Assembly (NCBI GenBank): GCA_030264375.1
Contig: JASCQW010000132.1
Location: forward strand, 74,291,338-74,355,337
Direction: 5' to 3'
Origin: Carcharhinus longimanus
Taxonomy: Eukaryota
Length of the DNA stretch: 64,000 nt
Position numbers and translations under genes: made by a program. This document shows, in pieces, positions 12,188-22,811 of the stretch; within the stretch, counting starts at the first letter, position 1, and each line of letters begins with the position of its first letter. The notes below the pieces were generated by a model that saw only the letters and a program-made list of their open reading frames with translations, searched no databases and had not been told where the DNA came from.

Positions 12188-12327
12188 TGATGTGGAGATG
12201 CCAGCGTTGGACTGGGGGAAACACAGTAGAAAGTCTCACAACACCATGTTAAAGTCCAACAGGTTTATTTGGTAGCAAGTTTGGGTTTTCTAGTGACTTT
12301 AACCTGGTGTTGTGAGACTTTCTACTG
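12188..12327. mobile_element. Short palindromic element, probably an internally deleted Penelope-like or fold-back element
   Basis: About 33-bp inverted repeat cagtagaaagtctcacaacaccatgttaaagtc / gactttaacctggtgttgtgagactttctactg, flanked by the 14-bp direct repeat tgactctatctgat. Confidence 0.75.
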
Positions 12328-13187
12328 ACTCTATCTGATCCATGCTTGTGCCTAATGACTAAATAATGATATCAGAGTCCTCAACTTCCTTTTGTTTCAG
12401 TTACTGTAAGTACTTGAGGTTGATTTCAAATGATGAAAATTTAGCGGCTCTTTCAGCACCTGCAATTATAAATGTAACTTTTGGCCACATGCTATGTGTA
12501 AAGCGAATCGCTTTCATGTGTACTTTAAGTGCAGACCATTAGTGGGAAAGTAATGGACTGAGAATAAGTTGTTGGGATAAGCATAGTTTTATGTATAAGG
12601 ATTTAATTTGAAATATTATCAATGTTTCACTGTGAGTTTTGTTCAGTGATAACACTGCCAAAAAATATAAATGCTGCCAAAATAAAATTAAACATAAGAA
12701 TTTAAACAAATAATCTGGCACATTCAATGATATTGAGAATGTTATGCAGGAAACCAGATGGTATTACTGCTACACTGAAAAAAACAGTTAACATTGTCTA
12801 GGTACCCAGCTGACTCAGGCAGATATGTCAGAATTACATATATTTTCTGTTGGGCAAAAAATAGAATTATTCTTCTGTGAATGCCTTTCCAACCCACAGA
12901 ATAAAGATAAATTGTTCTTGCGGGCATATATAATTTTGAAGAATAAAAAGAGGTTGGAACACGATTTCTTCAACATTTTATAAAGTTTAGAAATGTCAAG
13001 AGGCTGAAAATACTTAAACAAATATAATTTTCATTTAAATCCAGGTAAATTGCTACAACAAATAAAATAATTTCCACGAGACAAGGATGAATATCAGGCT
13101 GTACCATTCCTGCAAGGAGAAAGAGGAAGGGTCCACTGGAATTAATATAAAGAAAATGTAGAAATACGTTAAAAAGGTGATTCAAAG

Positions 13188-13535
13188 GTTAGAATCTCTA
13201 CAGTGCGGAAGGAGGCCATTTGGTCCATCGAGTCTGCACTGATTCTCTAACACAGCATCTTACCCAAACCCTCACTATAACCCATTCCCACAACCCCACA
13301 TACATACTGTGGCTAATCCACCTGACCTACACATCTTAGGGCACCAAGGGACAATTTATCATGGCTAGTCCACCTAACCTGCACATCTTTGGAGTGTGGG
13401 AGAAAGCCAGAGCACCCAGAGGAAACCCATGCAGACATGGGTAGAAGTGCAAACTCCATACAGACCCAAGCCGGGAATTGAGCCTGGGTCCCTGGCGCTG
13501 TCAGCAGCAGTGCTAACCACTGTGTCACCGTGCTG
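13188..13535 (-). mobile_element. HE1/V-SINE, tail type A
   Basis: Full head, V-domain and CR1-like tail. Confidence 0.92.
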
Positions 13536-13779
13536 ATGAGAAGAGAATGGGAAAAAAAAACACAGGGGTGATGTTAAATACAGATATAAAACATGCTTTC
13601 AATCCCCAGATAGTAAGACAGCAGTCAGAGAAGAGATTAAAAACTCCAAAAGATGTAAAAAGATTTGAAATTGAGGGTGAATGCAAAATAGTTAATATCC
13701 TAAAAAACACTTTCTCCAAATATTCACATGGGCAAAGAGAAGCAACATGGCCTCTTGAAATAAAGATATCTTATATGTA

Positions 13780-14640
13780 ATCAATGATTTCATTACAAAA
13801 GACAAGTTAGCCAAAAGACAAGTTTTGATGCAAATAACTCCCCAGAGTTGATAATATTTTCCTTTAATGTAGAGAAAGACAAAGAAGAACATTGGTGGCT
13901 TGAGAATTGTTTTGAGGGAGTTGGTGGCACAGGAGAGATAACAGTAGATTGAAAAGCTGTTATTTATATTCAAAAAAGGTGATTGAACAAACACTGGTGA
14001 CTACGAAGTCTTACTTCCATCCAAAGTAAAATAATGTAACTGATTATCAGTGGTAATTTTGAAGATCACCTGTACAACATTAACATAGTTAGTAGCAATC
14101 ACTATGGACTCAGAATAGGAAGATCTTGTCCGAGTAACCTTCTTGTTACCTTTGTGGAAATAACAGTCAAGGTGAACGTTGAAAACCACAAGATTTGGTC
14201 TACTTTGCCTTGCAAGCAATTTTTGATGATTTCTCAGGAGAGGCAATTAAGTAAAGTCAAATCTGGAAGGATTTTGAGTAAATTCTACAGAAATGGATAA
14301 GAAATGGGCAGGAGGATAATGAACAGAACTCATGGTTTCAGGTGCAACAAACTGACATGCATCCAGACCTTGAGGAAGTCCCAATGTACACAAATTGTTA
14401 TAATTGTGAGGTGTCATGAAGATGTGTGTTATGTCAAAAATGATTTTTTTAAATCAATTGGAAAGAAACATGAATTAAAATTGTCAAAACAGATTTGTGT
14501 TAAACACAAAGACTAAAGGTAATTTGAGCCAAAGATAACTTCCCAATTTGTATTAGTGTATATTCCATATTGCAGTCTAATTGGAATGGAGACAGCATGA
14601 TTGCAAAACCTATCAAAGATAGTGACCTCCTGGAGAATGT
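13780..14640 (+). mobile_element. Highly decayed CR1 RT region
   Basis: Remnants of IFKKGD...NY, GRSCLTNL and DF.KAFD motifs. Confidence 0.55.
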
Positions 14641-15060
14641 GAAGGACTTGCATGTCCTGACCCATTGGTAAAGTGTTAAGGCAATCACTTGAGGTACTTT
14701 GCCTTTAGCTGAGGTATTCAACTATTGAGATGGGCCATTAAGCCTAATCACTTGGACAATGGGACACTGGCTAAGTGAGCTTCCCAAACCTGATCTGATT
14801 AAATTACCTTCAGAATTCAAGGGCAATGGTCTCATTTGGATCCCCTGAACAGTTGGTGAATATCACATGACAAGCCAACCCTTTGAATGTTTTAACCACA
14901 TGTTTTCTCAGCAGAATGGTGGACAAGCTGCTGAGAGAGAAGATCTAAGTGGGGTCCCTTTTGTTTCCTTTTCCTCCAACCTCACTGGCAAGCTTCGAGA
15001 ATAACCTTGCTGCAGATAGAGTTCTTAAAACTAATTTCTCCCAGTATTACTGTCATCAGA
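14640..15060 (-). repeat. Unclassified dispersed repeat (copy 1)
   Basis: The reverse complement aligns by eye to 38420-39220. Confidence 0.65.
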
Positions 15061-15759
15061 AGAACAACAACTCGGTTATATATCTCTTTAAATCACTAGA
15101 AAGGTAGATGGTTTTAGTTCAGATAGGCAATGCAGACTTGGAGGGCCAAAGGGCCTGTTCCTGTGCTGTAATTTTCTTTGTTTTTTGTTCTAGAAACATC
15201 AGGGCCACCAAAGGAAAATTGAAAACCCATTCATTTCAGCCCGAAGTTGACCAAGTCACAAAACTGCAGACTGTATATTATTTTACATTTAATGGACTAA
15301 TTTGGCCAACTTTACCTTCCTCACTCTGTAATATATGTTAATAGGCATTTGAACTTCTAATATGTATGTGCAAAGGTCAGAATATATGTTATTACTGAGC
15401 TCAGTTTAAGCACACTAAGCTAACATTCTTCTTAGGTATTTTATTATTGCAGTGGCAAACACTTAAATACTTGTTAAATTGGTGAGTATATCCTTTCCAA
15501 AACAAAAAAAAAGTGTTACAGTCAAGCAAGGAGAGGAGTCATTCAAACCCTCCTCACTTAATCGTAAGTGATTTATAAGACTTTTGTTTTTAGGACTGTA
15601 TCTTCTGACTTACAAGATTACTATATTTTAGAATCTTAGTTTAGGGTGAATGAGAGGGCCATGTGACCAGTGCTAGTGTCTGACTGACAGCCTGGTTGGA
15701 AGATATTTATGCTTGGGGCAATGACAGCAGGTACTAAAAATACCATGAAAATAGATTAA

Positions 15760-15894
15760 GGCCAGAATTCTCTGGCTGTTCACACCCTGCTGCTGCCACC
15801 AGCGAGAATGGAGAATTTGGCACTTAGCCAAACCCTTATTCACTGCAGCAAGACCAGAAAATCCTAGTTGCGGGTAAGGTCGAGAATCTGGCCC
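15760..15894. mobile_element. Harbinger-type MITE
   Basis: TIRs ggccagaattctc / gagaatctggccc, with flanks taa/caa. Confidence 0.75.
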
Positions 15895-16348
15895 CAAGTT
15901 TTCCAAAGTCTCAGAAAGGATTTATTAAGTTGTAAACAGGTGTCCTGTGAATTATCCCATTACGTTTAAGATAAAGGTGAGTTGGGATCAAGGATAACTA
16001 ATTAACTTTTCTGCTTAGGCGCAAAATTAGTGTCTCCCATTGCCACAAGGAACAGGGTAAAGGAAACCATTTTGAGATCAGGTTGCATGCTTCCTTTCAA
16101 TCCACGAGTATCATAGCCAGGTTTTGTTGCAATTTGGTCTTGTGTAGCCTGCAGGCAGCTGAAAGATAAAGAGCAAATGATAGAATTAAACTGGCCTGCA
16201 CATTAAGTAGAGAAAATGCTGACCCTATCATGATGCAGAATATGGGTGGGAATGTGCAAACGTCAGTGAACATTTTTGAAAATGCGGAATCTTGACATGT
16301 CAATCTTTCAACTCATATGTGGGGGATTGAATCTCGCTTTAAAAGTTA

Positions 16349-17360
16349 TGGGGGCAATTCTCCCTTCCCTAATTTTTTAGTGCAGCGGGCCGGAAGAATC
16401 CAGTGATAGGCAATAGAATCACAGAATACCTACAGTGCAGAAGGATACCATTCGGCCCATCGAGCCTAGACCAAAGACAACAACCCAGGCCCTATCCCTG
16501 TAACCCTACATATTTACCCTATTAATCATCTGACACTAAGGAGCAATTTAGCATGGCCAACCAACCTAACTTGCACATCTTTGGATTCACACAATAGCGT
16601 CTCCCAGCGTCAGAATTCTGGTGGCATCCGTTCTGCATTGAAAGTCAGCGGGGAGGCAGGGTAAGTATGTTAAATCTAATTCAAATGCACTTAGTGGGCC
16701 TGGGACTAATGTTAACCCCCTCCCAAGGAGTATTTCACACCAGCAAGGCTTAGGGTAGCTCCTCACTTTCAAGGAAATAGCTGGAGTAAAGGGAGGGCAA
16801 TCGGGGCTCCCCAGATGCTTGCATGGCAAATGGATACCCCCTGCTCTTTGGCATTCTGGCAGTGCAACCTGAACCCCCTAGAACTGCCTAAGGGGAAAAG
16901 TGCCAATGTCAGGGGGAACCGTGGCACTGTCCATTGGGCATGGAGCTGTGCCAATGGGGCGGGGCTTATGGAGTTGGGCCTGATGGGGCAAAGCCCAGAG
17001 CGTGTTCAGCGGGGCTGGGGTTCCCACTGCCATTCTACATGGGGATCGGTGGGGGAAGGAGGGAGGCTGTGATCGGCAGGCAGTAGGGAGGGGGGGGTCA
17101 GGACTGTGGGGAGTGGGTTACTGGTGGGCTGGAGACTGAAGTGTGGGCCGGGAGGAGTGGCTTTGGGGCAGGGCCCAGGAATGGTTGGGGGCCCAGAAAT
17201 CGGGCTGGGGGAGTGGAGAGCTGGCATTGCGGGGGTTATGGGGCTGGCTAGCGATCGAGCTGGCCAGAAATTGGGAGGCCATCAGTGCAGGGCCACTGCA
17301 CANNNNNNNNNNCCATGGCCCACTCAGCACGCTGATTTCAGCCTCTCCAACAGGATTGCC
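16349..17360. mobile_element. Non-autonomous Harbinger-like element with a G-rich interior and an inserted SINE 3' half
   Basis: Starts gggggcaattctccc; subterminal motifs are shared with other Harbinger remnants; G-run-rich from 16950 to 17280. Confidence 0.55.
16413..16585 (-). mobile_element. HE1/V-SINE 3' half, tail type A
   Basis: atagaatcacagaatacctacagtgcagaagg...gcacatctttgga. Confidence 0.85.
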
Positions 17361-17751
17361 AAAAAGTAAACATATATCCATATCATAGTTTCAAACAAAT
17401 AACTTATCCCATCTTTTGGAACCATGCTGGAGAGTTACAGAGACTTAAATATCAAATTCAACATTAAAGTCATCTCACAAACATTAGGATGTGTGCTGCA
17501 GCTACTGCTGGTATCTTGCCGATTCAGTTTAGCTTGCAAGATCGCTGCAGACCTGGTCCTGTGCCTGCAATAAAAAAGTAGAGCCACAAATGTGTAGTTT
17601 TCTGGGCAGTTCAGGATCCCATCTTCATGGCATGATGACCATCACAATAAAAATCCTGCCACTATCATAGGAAATCATGTAGCCGACAGGGACAGACCCT
17701 GCCTCTAGTTTTTAATGATGATCACACTGGTGCCCTCCACAGTGCAGAGTT

Positions 17752-18013
17752 GACGGCATGGTGGCACAGTGGTTAGCACTGATGCCTCATAACTCCAGGG
17801 ACCTATGTTCGATTCCCTGCTTGGGTGACTCTGCAGAATTTGCACATCCTCCCTGTGTCTACGTGGGTTTCCTCACACAGTCCAAAGGTGTACGGGTTAG
17901 GCTCATTGACCATGTTAAATTGTCCTTAATGTCTCAGCATGCATAGCTTAGAGGGATTAGTGGGGTAAATATGTGGGGTTATAGGACCTTGGTGGGACTG
18001 TTGTTGATGCAGC
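17752..18013 (+). mobile_element. HE1/V-SINE
   Basis: Head ggtggcacagtggttagcactg, B box and V-domain. Confidence 0.9.
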
Positions 18014-18441
18014 ACTCAATATGCTGCAGTACTGATCCTAATGTTTGTTGAAATGATTTTAGTATCGAATTAGATATTTAAGTTTCTGTAACTCTCCAGG
18101 ATGGTTCCAAAAGATGGGCTAAGTTATTTGTTTGAAACTGTGATGTGGGCATCTGTTTACTTTTTGGTGATTCTGGTGCCTTTCCTTGTGTAACTATGTT
18201 AGTTACAGTGAAGGCACAATGCAGAGATGGAGCGGAAAAGAGTCCGGCAACAATCCTGCTTGCTGATCAGAATGATCAACTTTTCACCCGAGGTCTTATC
18301 TTTCTTTCATTTGTCATCTTTCAGAGGATTGATTGCGCTATGAACAATTTTCTTCCGCTGATTTCTGTTCTCCATTGCCTTCACTGCTTATCCTATAGGG
18401 AGGCTGGTCCACAGTCTGATATTGTCCATCAATGATATCCT

Positions 18442-18569
18442 GGGCAGAATATTACCATCCCACCCTCCACCCTCACTCATAACAGATGGGACATGGAACA
18501 TGCGAAGGCCTGTTGACCTTGAGCAGGATTTTCCAACCTCAGGGCAAGTGCGGCCAGAAAATTCCACAA
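18442..18569. mobile_element. Harbinger-type MITE in RTE
   Basis: gggcagaatattacc...ccagaaaattccacaa, with flanks cct/ctt. Confidence 0.75.
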
Positions 18570-18668
18570 CTTGGGTCTTTCCTGTGCACCTTCTCCAGCT
18601 GCTTTGACCCACATTACCACTCCTTCCAAACACTCATCTCCCGTTCGCAACAGATGTCCAAAATACAT

Positions 18669-18802
18669 GGGCTGGGATTTTCGACCATTCACGCCCGTCA
18701 CCGTCGCAAGTCAGGACAGAGAATTTGGTGCTCAACCAAATTTCTGCTCACTGCAGCGGGGAACAGAAGATCCTATCAGCAGGAGCAGCCGGAAAATTCC
18801 CC
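18669..18802. mobile_element. Harbinger-type MITE in RTE
   Basis: gggctgggattttc...ggaaaattcccc with a perfect CAT/CAT TSD. Confidence 0.8.
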
Positions 18803-20343
18803 CATGATCTTCCTTAATAATCTGCCTCAAACAAATTTCTCTTAAAACCAGCTTTCCCGAGCACGGTCATTTCTGTTTGACCACCCCGACACATGTAATA
18901 CCAGCTCGAGTCAAATACTCTTATTCAAGCCTCATTCGTCTTGATGGTGCAGCTTTCACAGCCGTACATTGTCACTGGCCAGGCAGGGGCATTCAGAAGA
19001 CAAGTTTTCTTTGTAATTGAAATGTTGTGGCTATTCCATACTCTTTTAAGTGAGTTCACAATGCCATGACCCTTGTTAAGTCTAATTGAACAAATTTGAA
19101 TTAAACTGAGAGTGTGCGGTTGAATATAATCATATTTGTTGTGGAGTGAATTGAGATGACCTTTATACAAATATCTCTGCATAAAGATATAACATTTATT
19201 TGAAACAAAAACACAACAAGCAGCTGCTCGGAGATCACCAGAAGGGTTAAGTAGGTCTGCACTAGAGTGACAGAGCCTCTCCAATGAATCTGACATATAC
19301 AATCAAAAACAGATCAATTATAAATTTTCTCATCAATTATTCCTGCCTTACATTAGTTTAAAATCAATTACATTCAGTGAACAAACATCAATAATAATTC
19401 CTGACATGCATCTCAGCCAATTGCATTCTATTGTCCAGCATGATGATATTTTATTCATCCGTTTAATCTGGACACTAATTCCCATCTTGGCTAAAGTCAC
19501 TTCCCTGTTGCTAGGTAAATATAGATGCTCATCATAGAGGTCAAAGTGAACATTCCCACTGGTTCATTGCAAACTGGATAGACGTATGATCCTGCACCCA
19601 GGTACATACCTATTCTATGTCTAGAACATGAATATCACTATTCGTAATGTTGCAAGATGTGTTCCCTTACCAGAAACTTTCTGATATGAATTCTGCTAAC
19701 TACCAGGGTTCCCAAGCCCTTGGCTCTGAACTCTTCACCTTCATCATCATGTCTTGCAGTAACTTGCCTTTGGCTCAAACGGACAATAATTCATTCAATA
19801 CCTAAAATACATTTAAAATATTAGCATATATATGTTTTAATATCATAATTACTTATTTAATTCTCTTGCTGCATCCACATATGTGTAAAATATTTATTTC
19901 ATTAGCTTCATCAAGAATCATTTAACTCTTTGCTGGTAGTGCTGTCAGTGCCTTATATATTCTATCTAAAACCTTATTAGCTGGTTAATAATTTCCACCT
20001 TCAATATTCCATAGTACTCACAAACCACTAAAAATCCAATCACCCTGATCAAAAAAGTGAGAGGTGGGTGATAGAACAGGAAGTGGAGAAAGGGACTGTA
20101 ATACCTGCTGTTTTTCTTCCTAATTATCCGTATCCATGACAAGACCTCTTGTGTGCCTGATCCAGCAACAGATTATTCAGTGCTGGGTTGCTGCTGATCA
20201 GAAACTGTGGTCACTGAAGGTTCAGCCACTTCTGTATAAACTTGCAACATTGACTGTCAACTTGTTATTTGACTACCAGCTGGTATCAGTAAGGTATGTA
20301 AGATATATAAGACTGGTTTGGACAAGTTTTACCACTACCTATT

Positions 20344-20485
20344 GGGGAGCGGGAGATTTTTTTAACTCCTCCCCCCTCCCCCACCACCACCACGGGAATC
20401 ATAGCAGGCAAGGGGAGGACCATACAAAGGTAAGTTGACCTCAGGTGGAAATTTCCATTTTTGGGGTGAGCCAGAAAATCCAGGC
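20344..20485. mobile_element. Harbinger-type MITE
   Basis: Internal gttgacctcaggtggaaatttcc and end cagaaaatccaggcc are shared with the 18442 and 54558 MITEs. Confidence 0.6.
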
Positions 20486-20998
20486 CATTATTTCTAAATT
20501 TTACTGTTTTTTTTTTCCTTCCAAAGCAGGCAGATTTAAGAGGACTGATTTCAGGGTGATCGTCATGAAGGATTTCAGTGGAACATGGCAACTGATAGGA
20601 AATATGCTCATGTCTCTAAATTCCTCACATCCTCCCTCAGATTAATCAGAGTTTTTGGCAGCAAGCTGGCACTGGCTAGATCCATGTCCTGACATAATTG
20701 ATCAAGCAGTGTCAGATCGGCAGGCTGTTCCAAGTGGATGGCTCATTTAATCTGCATTCCTTGTGAATTGGGAGAATGAGGGTGCTCGCTAAGGATAAGA
20801 TTGACACGCTAACTGCAATCTTCACACTATTTAGGTAGTTCTTTCAACGACCCAACAAGTAAAACAAACTCAAATTAACTTAGGGACAAATTAAGAAGNN
20901 NNNNNNNNNNNNNNNNNNNNNNNNNNNNNNNNNNNNNNNNNNNNNNNNNNNNNNNNNNNNNNNNNNNNNNNNNNNNNNNNNNNNNNNNNNNNNNNNNN

Positions 20999-21243
20999 CA
21001 CTGCCTGTGTGGAGATTGCACGTTCTCCCCATGTCTGTATGGGTTTCCTCCAAGTGCTCTGGTTTCCTCCCAAAGATGTGCGGATTACGTTGAATAGCAA
21101 TGCTAAATTGCCCTTTAGTATCGGGGGGTTAGCAGGCTAAATACATGGGGTTATGGGGGGTACGGCCTGGGTGGGATTGTGGTCAATGCAGATTCAATGG
21201 ACCAAATGGGCTCCTTCAATACTGAAGGGATTCTATGATTCTG
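20999..21243 (+). mobile_element. HE1/V-SINE, tail type A (head in gap)
   Basis: V-domain and gattctatgattct tail. Confidence 0.88.
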
Positions 21244-21249
21244 TTCTGA

Positions 21250-21700
21250 TTCATGGCACTATTGCCTCACTCCCTTCTGCAGTGAACTAACACTCTGTAT
21301 GGCAGCCTCTACTTCCCCAAAAGGGGTGGTGATGTTAATGAATGGATGTCTGAGGGAAGGCAGGTAGAGGATGCCGCGCCTCTGCTCCACACCATCGAGG
21401 AGTTTGGGGAGGGTTTCCTTAGTGAATCACATGCTGTCTTCCTGGCAGCCATTTCCTTGACTGGATCCGGAATAGTGCTGGGGAAGCATTTAAAAGGAAC
21501 GCCCCACTGATTACAGCGATTACATTTTCCCAAAGTGAGTGAATCAGAGGCAAACCTCCATGAGTTCAGAGCGGTTCACATGAATTTGAAGAGACAGAAT
21601 ATTCAGTGAGATTTCCTGCCATCGGCACTGGGTGGATTCTGTCCGGTTTTCTAACCAGAGAGAATCGGCACTTTGAAAAAATATTGGAAAATTCCACCCA
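21250..21700 (-). mobile_element. Harbinger left end with Myb/SANT start
   Basis: Terminus gggtggaatttcc at about 21700. A frameshifted MAARKTA...LLDGVEQRRGILY reading is on the minus strand. Confidence 0.7.
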
Positions 21701-22811
21701 TGATTGCTAAGGGTATAGGAAGAGCTGACCTGGATTATGAATTTAAATTAAACTGTAGGAATAGCACTGCATGATACAGGAAAAGGCAATGTTAGGACTG
21801 ATCGCAGGACATCCTACACAAGTGTGATCAGTGTGCAAAATCAATATCTGGGTGGAGGCAAAAATTCTGGAGTCACTTAAGAATCCATTGAATGTTGGAA
21901 TGAGGAAATATCAGAATCTCTCTGGGTGGATGAAGGCAGCTGGGCCGAACAGACTGTCTCATCTGTAATTATTTTGTGACTAAACTGTAAAAATGTACTT
22001 CTTCAAGAATTGTGTAAAGTAGCAAAATTCAACCTGTTATCTTATTATTTCAAATGAGCCAGTTTGTCCTTGTTAGTCAGGCATTTGTTAATTGGGTTAA
22101 ATGATTTTTCTACTCCATTATGTTTCCCTCTGTGTTTTTCAATATTTATCAATATTGCTGGGCAGATTACAATAATATCACCAAATGCTGGATGTCAGAT
22201 TCAACGCTGAATAGCTTATGCACACTGTTGGGAATTGCATGATAATTGCAAATAAAATTTGTGAACATTCAATGCAGGTTGAAATATGATAGAAACATTA
22301 AGCATTTTATACTAGTTTTTACCACTGACTGTGGAACTCAGAATCAAGGATGATACAGAAGGACATGAAAGAACTGTTAGATCAGTCTGAAAGAAATCAG
22401 ATTTGAAGATAAAGGGCCCACAGGAGATGAGTCTCTTGATCTGGATGCATGTACTCTAGAGTCTAGGCTGTTGAAAGAAATTAGAGAGAAGATTGCCATG
22501 TCTCCAACTAAAATGGTCAAGCTTCTCTGAACATGCAAATTAAATGAATGGTTCCAAACCCTGGTTCTCAGGAAAAATTCCGTAGTGGCGGAATGTTAAG
22601 AAACACAAACATTTACCTGAATTTGAAACCGGAGACTGGGAACTCCATTTTGGGATCAGTTAATCACACACACAGTTCACTTTTTTAAAGTCTTTTTTAA
22701 TGTATACGTCCATTGAGAATAACACAAGGGTAAGAGGAAGTTTTGTAAAAAGGAAGTCAGGTAATCTGAACTGGAGACCATTATGAGTGAGTTGTCATAG
22801 AAGATTTTTAA

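Larger units (their letters stand above)
18296..19100 (-). mobile_element. RTE-clade LINE 3' end interrupted by two MITEs
   Basis: Encodes LKRVWNSHNISITKKTCLLNAPAWPVTMYGCESCTIK ... MYFGHLLR..ECLEGVVM..RPK|ISLMDNIRLWTSL...NQRKKIVHSA, the hallmark RTE motifs YGCESWT and YFGH..R. Confidence 0.85.
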
